The notes under the pieces are model-generated. The model ran no database searches, had not been told where the DNA came from, and saw nothing but the letters and a program-made list of their open reading frames with translations. The translations under genes were made by a program, and so were the position numbers. From the IMG/VR virus record IMGVR_UViG_2061766007_004328: DNA of 64,000 nt; one strand, written 5' to 3'. Positions 1 through 9,570 of the stretch are shown in pieces. The DNA is from an uncultured virus (IMG/VR IMGVR_UViG_2061766007_004328) (Duplodnaviria; Heunggongvirae; Uroviricota; Caudoviricetes). Position 1 is the first letter of the stretch; the number at the start of each line of letters is the position of its first letter.

Positions 1-1539
1 ATGAGAAACACTTTTACATATATCAGCCTGGCAGCCGCAATAATGGTGGCCGCCTGTTTCACAGCTTGCGAAAAAGTAGAAGTCTCCACGGGGGATGAAG
101 TTCCCGAAGAGATTGTTACCCCTGCCATTACCATGTCCGTAAACGCCACCAAGGTAGGGGAAACCAAGGCCCTTTCTGACAACGGCTCTGCCATCACGTC
201 CACCTGGACGCAGGGCGATGAAGTAGAAGTCTGGACCAGCGACGGCACCACTAAACAATACGGCACCATCACCGCCCAGAGCAGCGGGACAAGTACCAGG
301 CTCTCCGGCACATTGGACTCCACCCCTTCTAACGGCGAGTCGCTCCTGCTGAAGTATCTTTCACCGAAATACTCCACTCAGGACGGCACCCTCACGGGCT
401 TCGCCACCAGCATTGACAAAGTGTGCGACTACGCTACGGCCACTGTTACCGCCACTGTGGCTGGCGGTTCCGTCACTACTGACGATGCCGATTTCACCAG
501 CCAGCAGGCTATCCTGAAACTGAACCTCAAGAGCGACGGCAACGTGGACATCACCTCCGACGTCCGCCAACTGACGGTCACGCTTGGCGGCCAGACCGTC
601 ACCGTCAACCGCACCCCCGCCGCAGGGCCCGTCTACGTGGCTGTGCCCGCCGCCGAAGGCAGCATCGTCTTCTATGCCGCCAAAGGCAAGTACCTCTACA
701 CCAAGAGCGTCAGCAAGACCCTCACGGCCGAACACCTCTATCCCGTCAATCTCAGCATGTCAATCGTGGAAGGTGCACTCTCCGGCCTCTTCAGCGTCAG
801 CGCGAGCAAGAAGGTCTACTTCTCGAAAGGCAACCTGATGGCCGACTTCAACAGCGCAGGAAACAGCTACACTTGGAGTTTTGCCAACAACCAGTGGGGC
901 TGCGTGGGCGATCACGCCGCCAACAACGCCATCACCGGCACCGGCACCGTCTCGGCAGGTGGTGGTGCCGTGGACCTCTTCGGCTGGAGCGCCACTAACT
1001 ACAACACATACGGAATCGATAGCACATCATATGGTCAACACTACCGCGGCGATTTCCGCGACTGGGGCACCAATGCTATCACCAACGGCGGCAACACCGA
1101 GAACAGCGGCTGGTACACGCTGAGCGATACCGAATGGGATTACCTCAAAAGCCACGCCACTTGGGGCATGGCCACCGTGGCTGGCGTCTGCGGTCTTATC
1201 ATCCTGCCCGACAACTATTCCGGCTCTCCCATCACCTCCGGATACGACAACAAATGGAACACCAACAGCATCGACGCCTCCTCCTGGGCCTCCAACTATG
1301 AGGCCTACGGCGCAGTGTTCCTTCCCGCTGCGGGCTACCGCACCCGCACAACAATGTTTTACGATCCTTCTTTTAATGCCGCAAACAGACGTGGCTACTA
1401 CTGGTCGTCTAGGTCCTACGAATATGGCGGTAACTATGGCGGTCACTACGTGCTTTTCGATATTACAGGCTTCTCCTCCGAATACGACAGCAAAGGCCAC
1501 ATTGGGAAGTCCGTGCGCCTCGTCCGCGTCGCTAACTGA
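1..1539 (+). CDS. Host lipoprotein: fimbrillin-like N-terminus, CLec-like (Fibrobacter major-paralog-type) C-terminal domain
   Basis: Signal peptide with lipobox (..VAACFTAC); C-terminal motifs FLPAAGYR, GYYWSS, GKSVRLVR. Confidence 0.7.
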   Translation: MRNTFTYISLAAAIMVAACFTACEKVEVSTGDEVPEEIVTPAITMSVNATKVGETKALSDNGSAITSTWTQGDEVEVWTSDGTTKQYGTITAQSSGTSTRLSGTLDSTPSNGESLLLKYLSPKYSTQDGTLTGFATSIDKVCDYATATVTATVAGGSVTTDDADFTSQQAILKLNLKSDGNVDITSDVRQLTVTLGGQTVTVNRTPAAGPVYVAVPAAEGSIVFYAAKGKYLYTKSVSKTLTAEHLYPVNLSMSIVEGALSGLFSVSASKKVYFSKGNLMADFNSAGNSYTWSFANNQWGCVGDHAANNAITGTGTVSAGGGAVDLFGWSATNYNTYGIDSTSYGQHYRGDFRDWGTNAITNGGNTENSGWYTLSDTEWDYLKSHATWGMATVAGVCGLIILPDNYSGSPITSGYDNKWNTNSIDASSWASNYEAYGAVFLPAAGYRTRTTMFYDPSFNAANRRGYYWSSRSYEYGGNYGGHYVLFDITGFSSEYDSKGHIGKSVRLVRVAN

Positions 1540-1562
1540 TTTTTTAACCGACTCCTGCTACA

Positions 1563-1597
1563 CCGCCATCTCTTCAGTTGAAGGGGTGGCGGCTTTA
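1563..1597 (+). terminator. Probable intrinsic terminator
   Basis: Stem CCGCCATCTCTTCA/TGAAGGGGTGGCGG (with G-U pairs) followed by CTTTA, just after the stop codon. Confidence 0.55.
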
Positions 1598-1692
1598 ACA
1601 AGATACTGTAAATGCTCAAGACATCCTATGGCTCTTTGAAAAAACCATATGAGGAACTTGTTACATTACTTGAAAATGGAGATATATAAAAA

Positions 1693-1737
1693 TAAGGTTT
1701 TGTAGAATACTGATTATCAGTACAATACAAAACCTTA
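1693..1737. repeat. Inverted repeat next to the putative att site
   Basis: TAAGGTTTTGTA..TACTGA-TTA-TCAGTA..TACAAAACCTTA. Confidence 0.75.
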
Positions 1738-1739
1738 AT

Positions 1740-1754
1740 GTGCCCAGGACAAGA
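1740..1754 (-). other. Putative prophage att core (tRNA 3'-end-like, possibly tRNA-Leu)
   Basis: Minus strand TCTTGTCCTGGGCAC resembles a T-stem/acceptor 3' end and lies 120 bp past the integrase stop; the second copy is not in the window. Confidence 0.45.
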
Positions 1755-1873
1755 GCACACGGTGCAAAACGAAACGCTTTGTCCCGTAAAAAATTGACGG
1801 CCAGAGCGGTTTTGTTGGGCGTTTCTTGAACGAAATCGGGCATCTCGTTAAATCGTTTGGTTCAAAATTAGGT

Positions 1874-3160
1874 TCAAAGTTGGCAGTCCGGTTTCTTGAA
1901 GAAGTCGGACTGCTTCAGCATCTCCGTGTTCTCGTTCTCGGAGATGCGGATGTACCGCAGGAACGTGGATTCGCGCTTGTGGCCGGTTACCTTCATAATG
2001 GCTATGGTCGGTATGCCGGCTTTGTATGCGTTGGTGGCGAACGACCGCCGGGCCGTGTGGCTCGATATGAGCTCGTACTTCTTGTGGGTCGTCTCGATGA
2101 TCTTTCCGCCGGCGTTCCGCGTGACGAGGACGTCCTGGTCTATCCCGGCAACCCGTGCCACGTCCTTGATCTGTTCGTTCAGCTTCTGCTCGAACAGCGG
2201 ATGCTCGAAGTCGTAGCCGTTGTCGATGATTTCCTGCACAACCCAGTGAACGGGGACGGAGATGCTGATGCCGGTCTTCTTGTTCCGGCTGCGGAGTACC
2301 CCGTCGCTGAAGTTCTGCCGGCGGAGCCGGGAATAGTCCGAGAACCGAAGGCCGGTGAAGGCGCCGATGAGGAACATATCCCGGGCTTTCCGCATCGCAT
2401 CGACCTTGCGCTCCACGTTGTGGGGCCGCTTGTCCTCCATTATCTCCGCGACGGTTTCCGGGCTGATGTCGGCCCGGTAGATCTGCAGCAGCTCGTCCTC
2501 CGACAGATAGATGGTGTCGGATTCGCCCTGAGGCGTGACGAACCCCTTGACGAGATATGCGTCGTTGGTATGGAGGTGGTCGATCTCGCGGGCTTCGTTC
2601 AGCACGATCTTCAGCATCTTTATTTTCTCGCCGAGGTAGTTGATGGAGTAGTTCTTCGTGTTGAACCACGCGATGAAGCGGTGGTAGAACTCCATATCCA
2701 CGTCGTCGAAGCGGATGGGCTTGCCGATGTATTCCTCGAACTCCGCAAAGGTCTTCTTGCAGGTCTTGTAGTGCTTGATCTGCCCGTTGGTGCGGATGCC
2801 TGTGTACCGCTCGACATAGCGGTCGAAGTACGGCACGAGCAGGGTGGAATCGAGGTCTCGCTTCCCCCAGCGCTCCTGGTCGAGCCGGGCGATAAACTCC
2901 TGTTGCGTGGGCGCCGATTTGTACTTCCTGAAATGGTTTACCGTCCGCTCGGCGGCTTTCTCCCACTCGTCGAGACGGTCGTTGATGATGCTGTTCTCCG
3001 GCGTCTGCTGCGTCACGCGGACGCGCTTCGTCCGGGCGTTCCACTGCTTGACAGGGACGCTCTCGCCGATGCTCTTCCGATACTTGGCTCCCCGGAACGA
3101 GACGAGTATAGCGATGGACGATACCTCGCGGTTGCCGTGCAGCAGGATGAATGTGCTCAT
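1874..3160 (-). CDS. int: Tyrosine recombinase / phage integrase
   Basis: TGLRFSD, SHTARRSFAT and TGH..ESTFLRY catalytic motifs; start placed at the ATGA overlap with the upstream gene. Confidence 0.95.
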   Translation of the reverse strand: MSTFILLHGNREVSSIAILVSFRGAKYRKSIGESVPVKQWNARTKRVRVTQQTPENSIINDRLDEWEKAAERTVNHFRKYKSAPTQQEFIARLDQERWGKRDLDSTLLVPYFDRYVERYTGIRTNGQIKHYKTCKKTFAEFEEYIGKPIRFDDVDMEFYHRFIAWFNTKNYSINYLGEKIKMLKIVLNEAREIDHLHTNDAYLVKGFVTPQGESDTIYLSEDELLQIYRADISPETVAEIMEDKRPHNVERKVDAMRKARDMFLIGAFTGLRFSDYSRLRRQNFSDGVLRSRNKKTGISISVPVHWVVQEIIDNGYDFEHPLFEQKLNEQIKDVARVAGIDQDVLVTRNAGGKIIETTHKKYELISSHTARRSFATNAYKAGIPTIAIMKVTGHKRESTFLRYIRISENENTEMLKQSDFFKKPDCQL

Positions 3161-3423
3161 TTCTTGAAGATGTCCCCCTTGCCGAAGAACAGCCATTCCA
3201 GCGAGACGTTGTAGTCTCGCGCAATATAATAAAGGTATTCAACCTTGATCCGTTTCTCGTCCGGGTGGCTCTTGCTCCACTTCATAGCGAATTTCGATGC
3301 GCCCCATTCGCGGGCCAGGGTAGCCACGCCGCGTATCGTACGCTGCTGGCGAAGGATTTCAACGGCTTCGAAGAAGCGGTTGCAGATGTCGATGGAGATT
3401 TGCGGGATTTCGGTCGAAGGCAT
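3157..3423 (-). CDS. Small HTH-like DNA-binding protein
   Basis: Ends YNVSLEWLFFGKGDIF, typical of XRE/CI-like domains. Confidence 0.6.
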   Translation of the reverse strand: MPSTEIPQISIDICNRFFEAVEILRQQRTIRGVATLAREWGASKFAMKWSKSHPDEKRIKVEYLYYIARDYNVSLEWLFFGKGDIFKK

Positions 3424-3427
3424 AGTG

Positions 3428-3766
3428 TCAGTTGGTTCGTAGCTGGTCGCTGAGTCCGTCCAGCAGGCCGCGTTCCGTCTCGACATCTTCGTGGTCTTTG
3501 AGTGAACGATAGCAGAGCCGGATTACCCGGTTCGTTGGTTCGGGGTCTTTGCTCCCGGAGGCCAGGAACGTCTCGTAAGCGGTATTTGCGATGCGGACGA
3601 GGTTGTAGTTCGTAATGTGGTTCAGGGCCGCTTCCGCGTCGGAACGCGTCTGCGGGTCTTCGAGTTGGGTTTCGTCGAGCTGTTTCAGCAGGTCGGCGTG
3701 GATGGCGTTGAGCTGCTCCGCGGTTTCGGCGGTGCCGAGGCTCTCGATCTTGTCTTTGAGGTTCAT
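3428..3766 (-). CDS. Hypothetical protein
   Basis: Tightly packed in the immunity operon; AGTAAGTAAGCTATG start motif. Confidence 0.65.
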   Translation of the reverse strand: MNLKDKIESLGTAETAEQLNAIHADLLKQLDETQLEDPQTRSDAEAALNHITNYNLVRIANTAYETFLASGSKDPEPTNRVIRLCYRSLKDHEDVETERGLLDGLSDQLRTN

Positions 3767-3769
3767 AGC

Positions 3770-4378
3770 TTACTTACTGGTATTGGTTTGATAGGATTTT
3801 GCTTTGGCGAGCCGGTCTTCAAAGAAGGCCCGTTCCTTCGATTCCGCGTAGTTCTTCTGCTTCCATTCCGGCCGGGCCAGGCAGGTCTCGATGACACGGA
3901 TCTCGTTCTCGTAGTCCTTGAACTTGCGGTAGAGGACGCAGAGCCGGTGGTACGGATGAAGGGAGAAGTATGCGCTCGGCAGGATGTTCTCCTCGTACTT
4001 CGCGATGGCTGTATAGACGTCGCCCTTCTTCTCGAGGTCGATGCCTTCGTTGTTGTTGGCCGTGGCCAGCCGGAGCTTTTCGTTGAACTCTTCGGTCTTG
4101 CGCTGTTCTGCTTCGATGATGGCCATCTCGTCATCATAGACCTTTAGTTGCTGTCCGTCAGCCGATGCGTCCATATACCGAAAAAACACATCTTCGCCAA
4201 CGGTTTTGTCAAGCAGACCAAGAGCGTATGTATTGTAGAACGTTTCCGGGTCGTAATACTTGAAATGCCGACCATTCTCCACGCCGCCGTCCTGGGCCTT
4301 GCTGGCGGCACGACTCAGTAGATACCGTGACAGGATCACGATGCCGATGACGACGAGCACGATAACGAAAAGTGTCAT
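3770..4378 (-). CDS. Membrane-anchored protein with TPR-like helices
   Basis: N-terminal TM MTLFVIVLVVIGIVIL; NNEGIDLEKKGD..AIAKYEE..PYHRLCVLYRK. Confidence 0.6.
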   Translation of the reverse strand: MTLFVIVLVVIGIVILSRYLLSRAASKAQDGGVENGRHFKYYDPETFYNTYALGLLDKTVGEDVFFRYMDASADGQQLKVYDDEMAIIEAEQRKTEEFNEKLRLATANNNEGIDLEKKGDVYTAIAKYEENILPSAYFSLHPYHRLCVLYRKFKDYENEIRVIETCLARPEWKQKNYAESKERAFFEDRLAKAKSYQTNTSK

Positions 4379-4380
4379 AA

Positions 4381-4806
4381 CTATCTGGTTTTCAGTAGCT
4401 TGTCGATTATCCCGTGAAGCCGTGCTATCTCTTTGTCCTTCTCGGCGAGCTGCTCCCGGAGCAGGGATATTGCCTCCGAGTCGTTGCCGTTGTGGATATT
4501 GATGCCCTTCCCCTTGACATTGTTGCCGACAATGGTGTTCTTGGAGATGTTGCAGGAGTTTTCGATCAGCATATCGCCTTCGCCGTTCTCGAGCCACGGC
4601 CGGGAGAAGACGTCCCCGTACTCGAGGGCTATCTTCTTGAAGAGGTTGTCGGTCAGGTATCGTTCCTTTCCGTTGAGCGCCGCGTTGACGCTCTCCGTCC
4701 TGGTGCCGATGGCTTCGGCGAGATCCTTCTGCGTATGGATTCGCCCGATGCTGCGCAGGTGCTCATAAATAAGCTGCAACCGTTCGAGTCTGTCTTGCCT
4801 GTTCAT
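4381..4806 (-). CDS. XRE-family HTH repressor (CI-like; no peptidase domain evident)
   Basis: TQKDLAEAIGT..SVNAALNG and WLENGEGDM; divergent from the cro-like gene. Confidence 0.8.
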   Translation of the reverse strand: MNRQDRLERLQLIYEHLRSIGRIHTQKDLAEAIGTRTESVNAALNGKERYLTDNLFKKIALEYGDVFSRPWLENGEGDMLIENSCNISKNTIVGNNVKGKGINIHNGNDSEAISLLREQLAEKDKEIARLHGIIDKLLKTR

Positions 4807-4824
4807 AATAAAATCGCATAAATG

Positions 4825-4926
4825 TTTGGTAAAATCAGATACTTTGTCTATATTTGCATTATTATTTATGGCATTATCGCAAGTGCGATAAACAAATATA
4901 ATAAAAAGTGTTGCAAATTGCAACGC
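4825..4926. promoter_or_regulatory. Lysogeny switch: two opposed Bacteroidetes sigma70-type promoters and a palindrome
   Basis: TATATTTG at 4849-4856 (+) and 4893-4900 (-); palindrome GTGTTGCA-AAT-TGCAACGC ending at 4926. Confidence 0.7.
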
Positions 4927-4940
4927 GGAAAGTAAGTTTT

Positions 4941-5165
4941 ATGACACTGAATGATTACTACGAATCACTGCCGGAGGTGTCGGCGCCGAAAGCCGACTTC
5001 CTTCGTGAATTGGTAACGACTTGCGGGGTTGAGCTTGTCACCGCCCGTCTTTGGGTGAAAGGCAGGACGACTCCGAGCAACCCGGAGCACCGCCGTATCA
5101 TTGCAAGGGCGGTCGGCGTGCCGGAAGAAGAATTGTTCCCGAAGCTCAAAAAGAAAGAAGAGTAA
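4941..5165 (+). CDS. Cro-like HTH protein
   Basis: 74 aa; TARLWVKGRTTP..IARAVGVPEEELF; position next to the repressor. Confidence 0.7.
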   Translation: MTLNDYYESLPEVSAPKADFLRELVTTCGVELVTARLWVKGRTTPSNPEHRRIIARAVGVPEEELFPKLKKKEE

Positions 5166-5476
5166 TGGAAACGGCGGGCGAGAAACTCCTGGGCGACGTA
5201 TCGGTGTTCGTTGACGAATACAACCGGCTGCAGAGAAGGTGCAAAGAGCTCGAGCAGTCGCAAGTCAACGCGCAGAAGTTCTACGCGGTAGGACTGAATA
5301 CCGATACTGTAGCGCGTATGCACGACGTCTCGCCACATCTTGTCCGTAAGTACGTGGAGATGGGGCTGATCCCCCGTCACCCCAAGAGTACGCCCGCCAA
5401 AATTCTCGTCCGTGGATCGGACGCTTTGACACTTGATTTCGAACGCCTCAGACAAGAGGCAAAATCCGTCAGATAG
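5165..5476 (+). CDS. Excisionase-like/MerR-type HTH protein
   Basis: TVARMHDVSPHLVRKYVEMGLIP; TAATG coupling. Confidence 0.5.
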   Translation: METAGEKLLGDVSVFVDEYNRLQRRCKELEQSQVNAQKFYAVGLNTDTVARMHDVSPHLVRKYVEMGLIPRHPKSTPAKILVRGSDALTLDFERLRQEAKSVR

Positions 5477-5477
5477 T

Positions 5478-5936
5478 ATGGGAGTAAAGGTTGAAGGCAT
5501 CGACAGCGCTATGGCGTTCATCGAGCGCGAGGCGCAGAAGCGCGTCCGCGATTATCTTGCCGTATTGAACCGTATCGGCCTTGATGTGGTCAGGCAAATC
5601 AGGAACGGAACGGCGAGCTACTGGATTGACCAGACGGGAAACCTGCGAAACTCGATCGGATTCATCGTTATAGAAGACGGAAGGGTCGTGAACAGGAACT
5701 TCGCGTCCACCGTGCCTGGCGGAACGCTTGGCACCAAGGCCGGCGAATCGTTCGCCGAAGAGCTGGCGTCCAAGTACCCGAAGGGATATTGCCTGATTAT
5801 CGTGGCCGGTATGGACTACGCGGCCTACGTGGAGGCCGTCGAAAGCCGGTCGGTTCTCGCCGGCGGGGAACTGGTGGCCCACCGTCTGCATAAGGAACTG
5901 ACCGCAAAGCTCGAAGCAAGATGGCGTAGCAAATAA
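5478..5936 (+). CDS. HK97 gp10-like tail completion protein
   Basis: DQTGNLRNSIGFIV and VAGMDYAAYVE motifs. Confidence 0.65.
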   Translation: MGVKVEGIDSAMAFIEREAQKRVRDYLAVLNRIGLDVVRQIRNGTASYWIDQTGNLRNSIGFIVIEDGRVVNRNFASTVPGGTLGTKAGESFAEELASKYPKGYCLIIVAGMDYAAYVEAVESRSVLAGGELVAHRLHKELTAKLEARWRSK

Positions 5937-5940
5937 TTTG

Positions 5941-6001
5941 CGTAAATTATTGTAAATCAGATGTTTATATTTGCTTAATTCCGTAAAAATTCCTACCTTT
6001 A
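5941..6001 (+). promoter_or_regulatory. Class I repeated phage promoter
   Basis: CGTAAATTATTGTAAATCA..TTTGC..TACCTTTA; five more copies with the same spacing. Confidence 0.7.
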
Positions 6002-6034
6002 CTATACCAAAACAACACCCATACAAGTAAGTTT

Positions 6035-7999
6035 ATGAGACACGTACGAATTAAGCACCTCGACATCGAGAACTTCAAGGGCATCCGCCAGTTCTCGATG
6101 GACTTCGGCGACACGACAGCGGTCGTCGGAGCCAACGGCACGGGCAAGACATCCTTGCACGATGCCTACCTGTGGCTGCTGATGGGAACCGACTCGTCTA
6201 ACCGGGCGAGCTTCGCGGTTCAGCCGCTTGATGAAAAGGGCGGCACCATCGACCACCTGACCACGATCGTCAACGGGACGTTCGTCTTCGATGACGGAAC
6301 CGAAAAGGTCTTGAAGAAATGCCTCAGCCAGACCTGGACGCGTCGGCGCGGCACGAAGGAAGATGTCCTGACCGGCTCCGAGACGGAGCGTTTCATCGAC
6401 GGCGTTCCGATGAAGGCCGGCGAGTATGACAAGGCCGTGGCCGAGCTGTTCTGCTCGATGGCGGACTTCGAGCTGATCTCGTCCGTCAAGGCGTTCTGGA
6501 AGCTGGATATGAAGGCTAAGCGGGCCAAGCTGATTCAGATGGCCGGGCAGATGCCCGAGCTTATCAACAGCGAGGACTATCCGAATCTCGCTCCGTATTA
6601 CGCCAAGAATCCCAACGTGGACGCCATCAGGGCGCAGCTGCTCTATGAGCTGAAAGGGATGAAGGACAAGAAAGCTGAGATTCCCGTCCGCATCACGGAG
6701 AACGAGCGAGACCTACCGACCGGCTACGACTTCGATGCCATCCGTGGCCAGATAGCCGAGAAGCAGGACGAGATCGACGGCATCGACGCCAAGCTGCAAC
6801 GCGCAGCGGACAGTAGAACCGGCGCCTACGCAGCCCTCGATCCGCTGAACAAGGAGATGATGACCATCAATGCGGAGCTGCTCGAAATCCGAAACAGCCA
6901 CGCCAAGGAGCGCAACGACAGAATCGTGGCGCTTGAGAAGGAGGTATCGTCCCGGGGCATCGAGCTGACGGCTGCGGAGAGCGAGATCCGAACGATTGAG
7001 CGCGGACTGGATGACGCGAAAGACCGGAATACGAAACTCCTGCTCCGCAAGCACGAGTTGGGAGAGCTCTGGGAACAGAAGAACGCAGAGACCTGGCCGG
7101 ACACCATTGAAACGGTCTGCCCGACCTGCAACCGCCCGTACGACCCGGACAAGGTGACGGAGATGCGGAACGCGGCAATCCGGGCATTCAATGCCGGCAA
7201 GTCCGGCGTGCTGGCCAGAATCGAGAGCGAGGGCGACGACATCGTGAAGAAGATCGAGGCCGTGCAGAAAGAGATCCTTGAGGGAGAGGCGAAGCTGGAA
7301 GCCGTCTGGAAGAAGGAAGAGGCTGCAAAGAAGGCAAAGGCCGAGGCGCAGAAGAAGCTGGCGGACGTTCCCACGCTCGACAACCTTCTCGCTGCAAGCA
7401 CCGAATATCAGAACGTGCAGGCCAAGAAAGACGCTCTCGCGGCCCGTATCAAGGATGAGACGCCGCAGGAAACAGCCGGCGAGCTTCAGATGAAGAACCG
7501 CAAGGAGCAGCTGAAGGTCGAGGTATCGAAGCTGACGCGGGAGCTGGCCCTTGAGGACAACATCGCGAAGGTCGAGAAACGGCGCGATGAGCTGAACGCG
7601 GAGGAGGCGAAGATAGCGGCGGACATCGCCAAGGTAGAAGGTGTCCTCTACGAGATTCAGCAGTACCAGAAGTCGTACATCGAGCTGGTCGAGAGCCGGG
7701 TGTCCTCGATGTTCAAGTACGTCACTTGGAAGATGTACCAGAAGAACGTATCGAATGACGGAGAGCAGGAGATATGCGAGTGCCTGGTAAACGGAGTGCC
7801 CGTTTCGACGAACGTCAACACCGCCGGCGGAGTGAACGCCGGGGTTGACATCGTGAACGCCATATCGAAGTGGATCGGAATATCGGTTCCGTTATGGATC
7901 GACGGCAAGGAGTCCGTCTCTGACCTGTTGCCGACCGATGCTCAGATAATCACGCTGTCGGTTGTTCCCGGCAGTGAATTAAAGGTGTCGGCCATCTGA
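6035..7999 (+). CDS. SMC/Rad50-like ATPase
   Basis: Walker A GANGTGKT, coiled coils, CPTC zinc hook, C-terminal LWID. Confidence 0.85.
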   Translation: MRHVRIKHLDIENFKGIRQFSMDFGDTTAVVGANGTGKTSLHDAYLWLLMGTDSSNRASFAVQPLDEKGGTIDHLTTIVNGTFVFDDGTEKVLKKCLSQTWTRRRGTKEDVLTGSETERFIDGVPMKAGEYDKAVAELFCSMADFELISSVKAFWKLDMKAKRAKLIQMAGQMPELINSEDYPNLAPYYAKNPNVDAIRAQLLYELKGMKDKKAEIPVRITENERDLPTGYDFDAIRGQIAEKQDEIDGIDAKLQRAADSRTGAYAALDPLNKEMMTINAELLEIRNSHAKERNDRIVALEKEVSSRGIELTAAESEIRTIERGLDDAKDRNTKLLLRKHELGELWEQKNAETWPDTIETVCPTCNRPYDPDKVTEMRNAAIRAFNAGKSGVLARIESEGDDIVKKIEAVQKEILEGEAKLEAVWKKEEAAKKAKAEAQKKLADVPTLDNLLAASTEYQNVQAKKDALAARIKDETPQETAGELQMKNRKEQLKVEVSKLTRELALEDNIAKVEKRRDELNAEEAKIAADIAKVEGVLYEIQQYQKSYIELVESRVSSMFKYVTWKMYQKNVSNDGEQEICECLVNGVPVSTNVNTAGGVNAGVDIVNAISKWIGISVPLWIDGKESVSDLLPTDAQIITLSVVPGSELKVSAI

Positions 8000-8047
8000 C
8001 GCCAGTCCCCGAGTAAGTAAGTTTTTAACCCCCAAGTAAGTAAGTTT

Positions 8048-8824
8048 ATGGACAATCCAAACGAAGTTCAGGTTGTGGCTCCCGAGGAGCTGCAGATGAT
8101 CCAAGAGAAGCGCAAAGCGCAGTTCGAGATGACCCCGATGGGCCAGGAGATGCGCCGCTTCGAAATCCAGAACCGGATGGCTGCTATGTATGCACAGAGC
8201 ACGATCATCCCGGAAGCGTACAGGAACAACATCGGAAACTGCGTTATCGCCGTCGATATGGCGATGCGTATGAACGCCAGCATCCTGATGATTATGCAGA
8301 ACCTTGACACGATCAAGGGAAAGCCGTCGTTCTCCGCGAAGTTCCTTATCGCGACAATCAACGCCAGCGGACGGTTCACGCCGATCCGCTACGAGTTCAG
8401 AGGAAACCCGAATGACGACACCTACGCCTGCCGGGTTGTAGCCTACGAGACGACCGACAAGGCCCGCAAGGAGCCGCTGTACGGCACGTGGATCTCGATG
8501 GATATGGCCAAGAAGGAAGGCTGGTACGGCAAGGACGGGAGCAAGTGGAAGACGATGCCGGAGCAGATGCTTCGCTACCGTGCCGCCGCATTTTGGCAGA
8601 GGCTCTACTGCCCGGAGATCTCGATGGGCCTGATGACAACGGAAGAGTACGAAGACCTGTCGGATGGACGCAAGGAGTACATTCAGGAGATCGACGCGGA
8701 GGCCAACCGCCAGACGCTGCAGATTCCCGAGGAGAAGAAGCTGGAGGGGAAGCCGGAAGACACCGCTCCGGCGGAGGAAAAGCCGCTCGGTTCTACCGAA
8801 AGGAAACCGTCGTTTATGCAGTAG
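8048..8824 (+). CDS. RecT-like ssDNA annealing protein
   Basis: WKTMPEQMLRYRAAAFW motif; between ATPase and MBL hydrolase. Confidence 0.65.
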   Translation: MDNPNEVQVVAPEELQMIQEKRKAQFEMTPMGQEMRRFEIQNRMAAMYAQSTIIPEAYRNNIGNCVIAVDMAMRMNASILMIMQNLDTIKGKPSFSAKFLIATINASGRFTPIRYEFRGNPNDDTYACRVVAYETTDKARKEPLYGTWISMDMAKKEGWYGKDGSKWKTMPEQMLRYRAAAFWQRLYCPEISMGLMTTEEYEDLSDGRKEYIQEIDAEANRQTLQIPEEKKLEGKPEDTAPAEEKPLGSTERKPSFMQ

Positions 8825-8830
8825 TCCGTT

Positions 8831-9568
8831 ATGAGGTTGCACGTTCTCTCAAGCGGGTCGAAGGCCAACGGCTACGTTCTCTACAACGGCCGCGAGGCGC
8901 TGGTCATTGAGTGCGGTTGCACTTATGGCCAGTGCCTTCAGGCCATCGGCTACCGCCGGGAGATAATAGTCGGCGCCCTGGTAACGCACGAGCACGGCGA
9001 CCACTGCAAGTATGTATCACAGTACCTTGAAGGATGTATCAGAGTTCACGCCTCACAGGGAACTATTGCCGCGATGAAGGCAGATTCCCGGTATCTCGTC
9101 CCAGTCGAGGGCTTAAAGCCGTTCTCGCTGGGTGGTTTCACGATCTTGCCGTTCGACACGCAGCACGACAGCGCGGAGCCGTTCGGGTACCTGATCCGCC
9201 ACGAGGAGATGGGTCAGGTGCTGTTCGCGACGGACACGTTCTACCTGAAGTACAAGTTCTCGAACTTGTCATACGCGATGGTCGAGTGCAACTATTCCTC
9301 CGAGATAATCGAGAGGAACGTGGCGGAGAACGTGATCCCGGCCATCGTGAAGGAGAGGGTGTTCCGGTCGCATATGTCCCTGGACACGTGCATACGGACG
9401 CTGCAGGCGAACGACCTGACGACGGTCAACGCGGTTGTCCTGCTCCATCTGTCGGGGAATAACTCCGACCCGGATGCGTTCAAGCGCAGCGTGGAGCAGG
9501 CGACCGGGAAGCTGGTGTTCGTGGCGAAGAAGGGACTCGATATACCGTTCAACAAGAAAATGATCTGA
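8831..9568 (+). CDS. MBL-fold metallo-hydrolase (probable exonuclease)
   Basis: SSGSKAN, THEHGDH, HD, ATDT, HLS motifs. Confidence 0.9.
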   Translation: MRLHVLSSGSKANGYVLYNGREALVIECGCTYGQCLQAIGYRREIIVGALVTHEHGDHCKYVSQYLEGCIRVHASQGTIAAMKADSRYLVPVEGLKPFSLGGFTILPFDTQHDSAEPFGYLIRHEEMGQVLFATDTFYLKYKFSNLSYAMVECNYSSEIIERNVAENVIPAIVKERVFRSHMSLDTCIRTLQANDLTTVNAVVLLHLSGNNSDPDAFKRSVEQATGKLVFVAKKGLDIPFNKKMI

Positions 9569-9570
9569 AT

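Noticed and set aside
1320..1539. Host lipoprotein as a third target of this DGR
   Set aside because: Similarity is only at protein-motif level; many non-adenine differences from TR; IMH and hairpin absent
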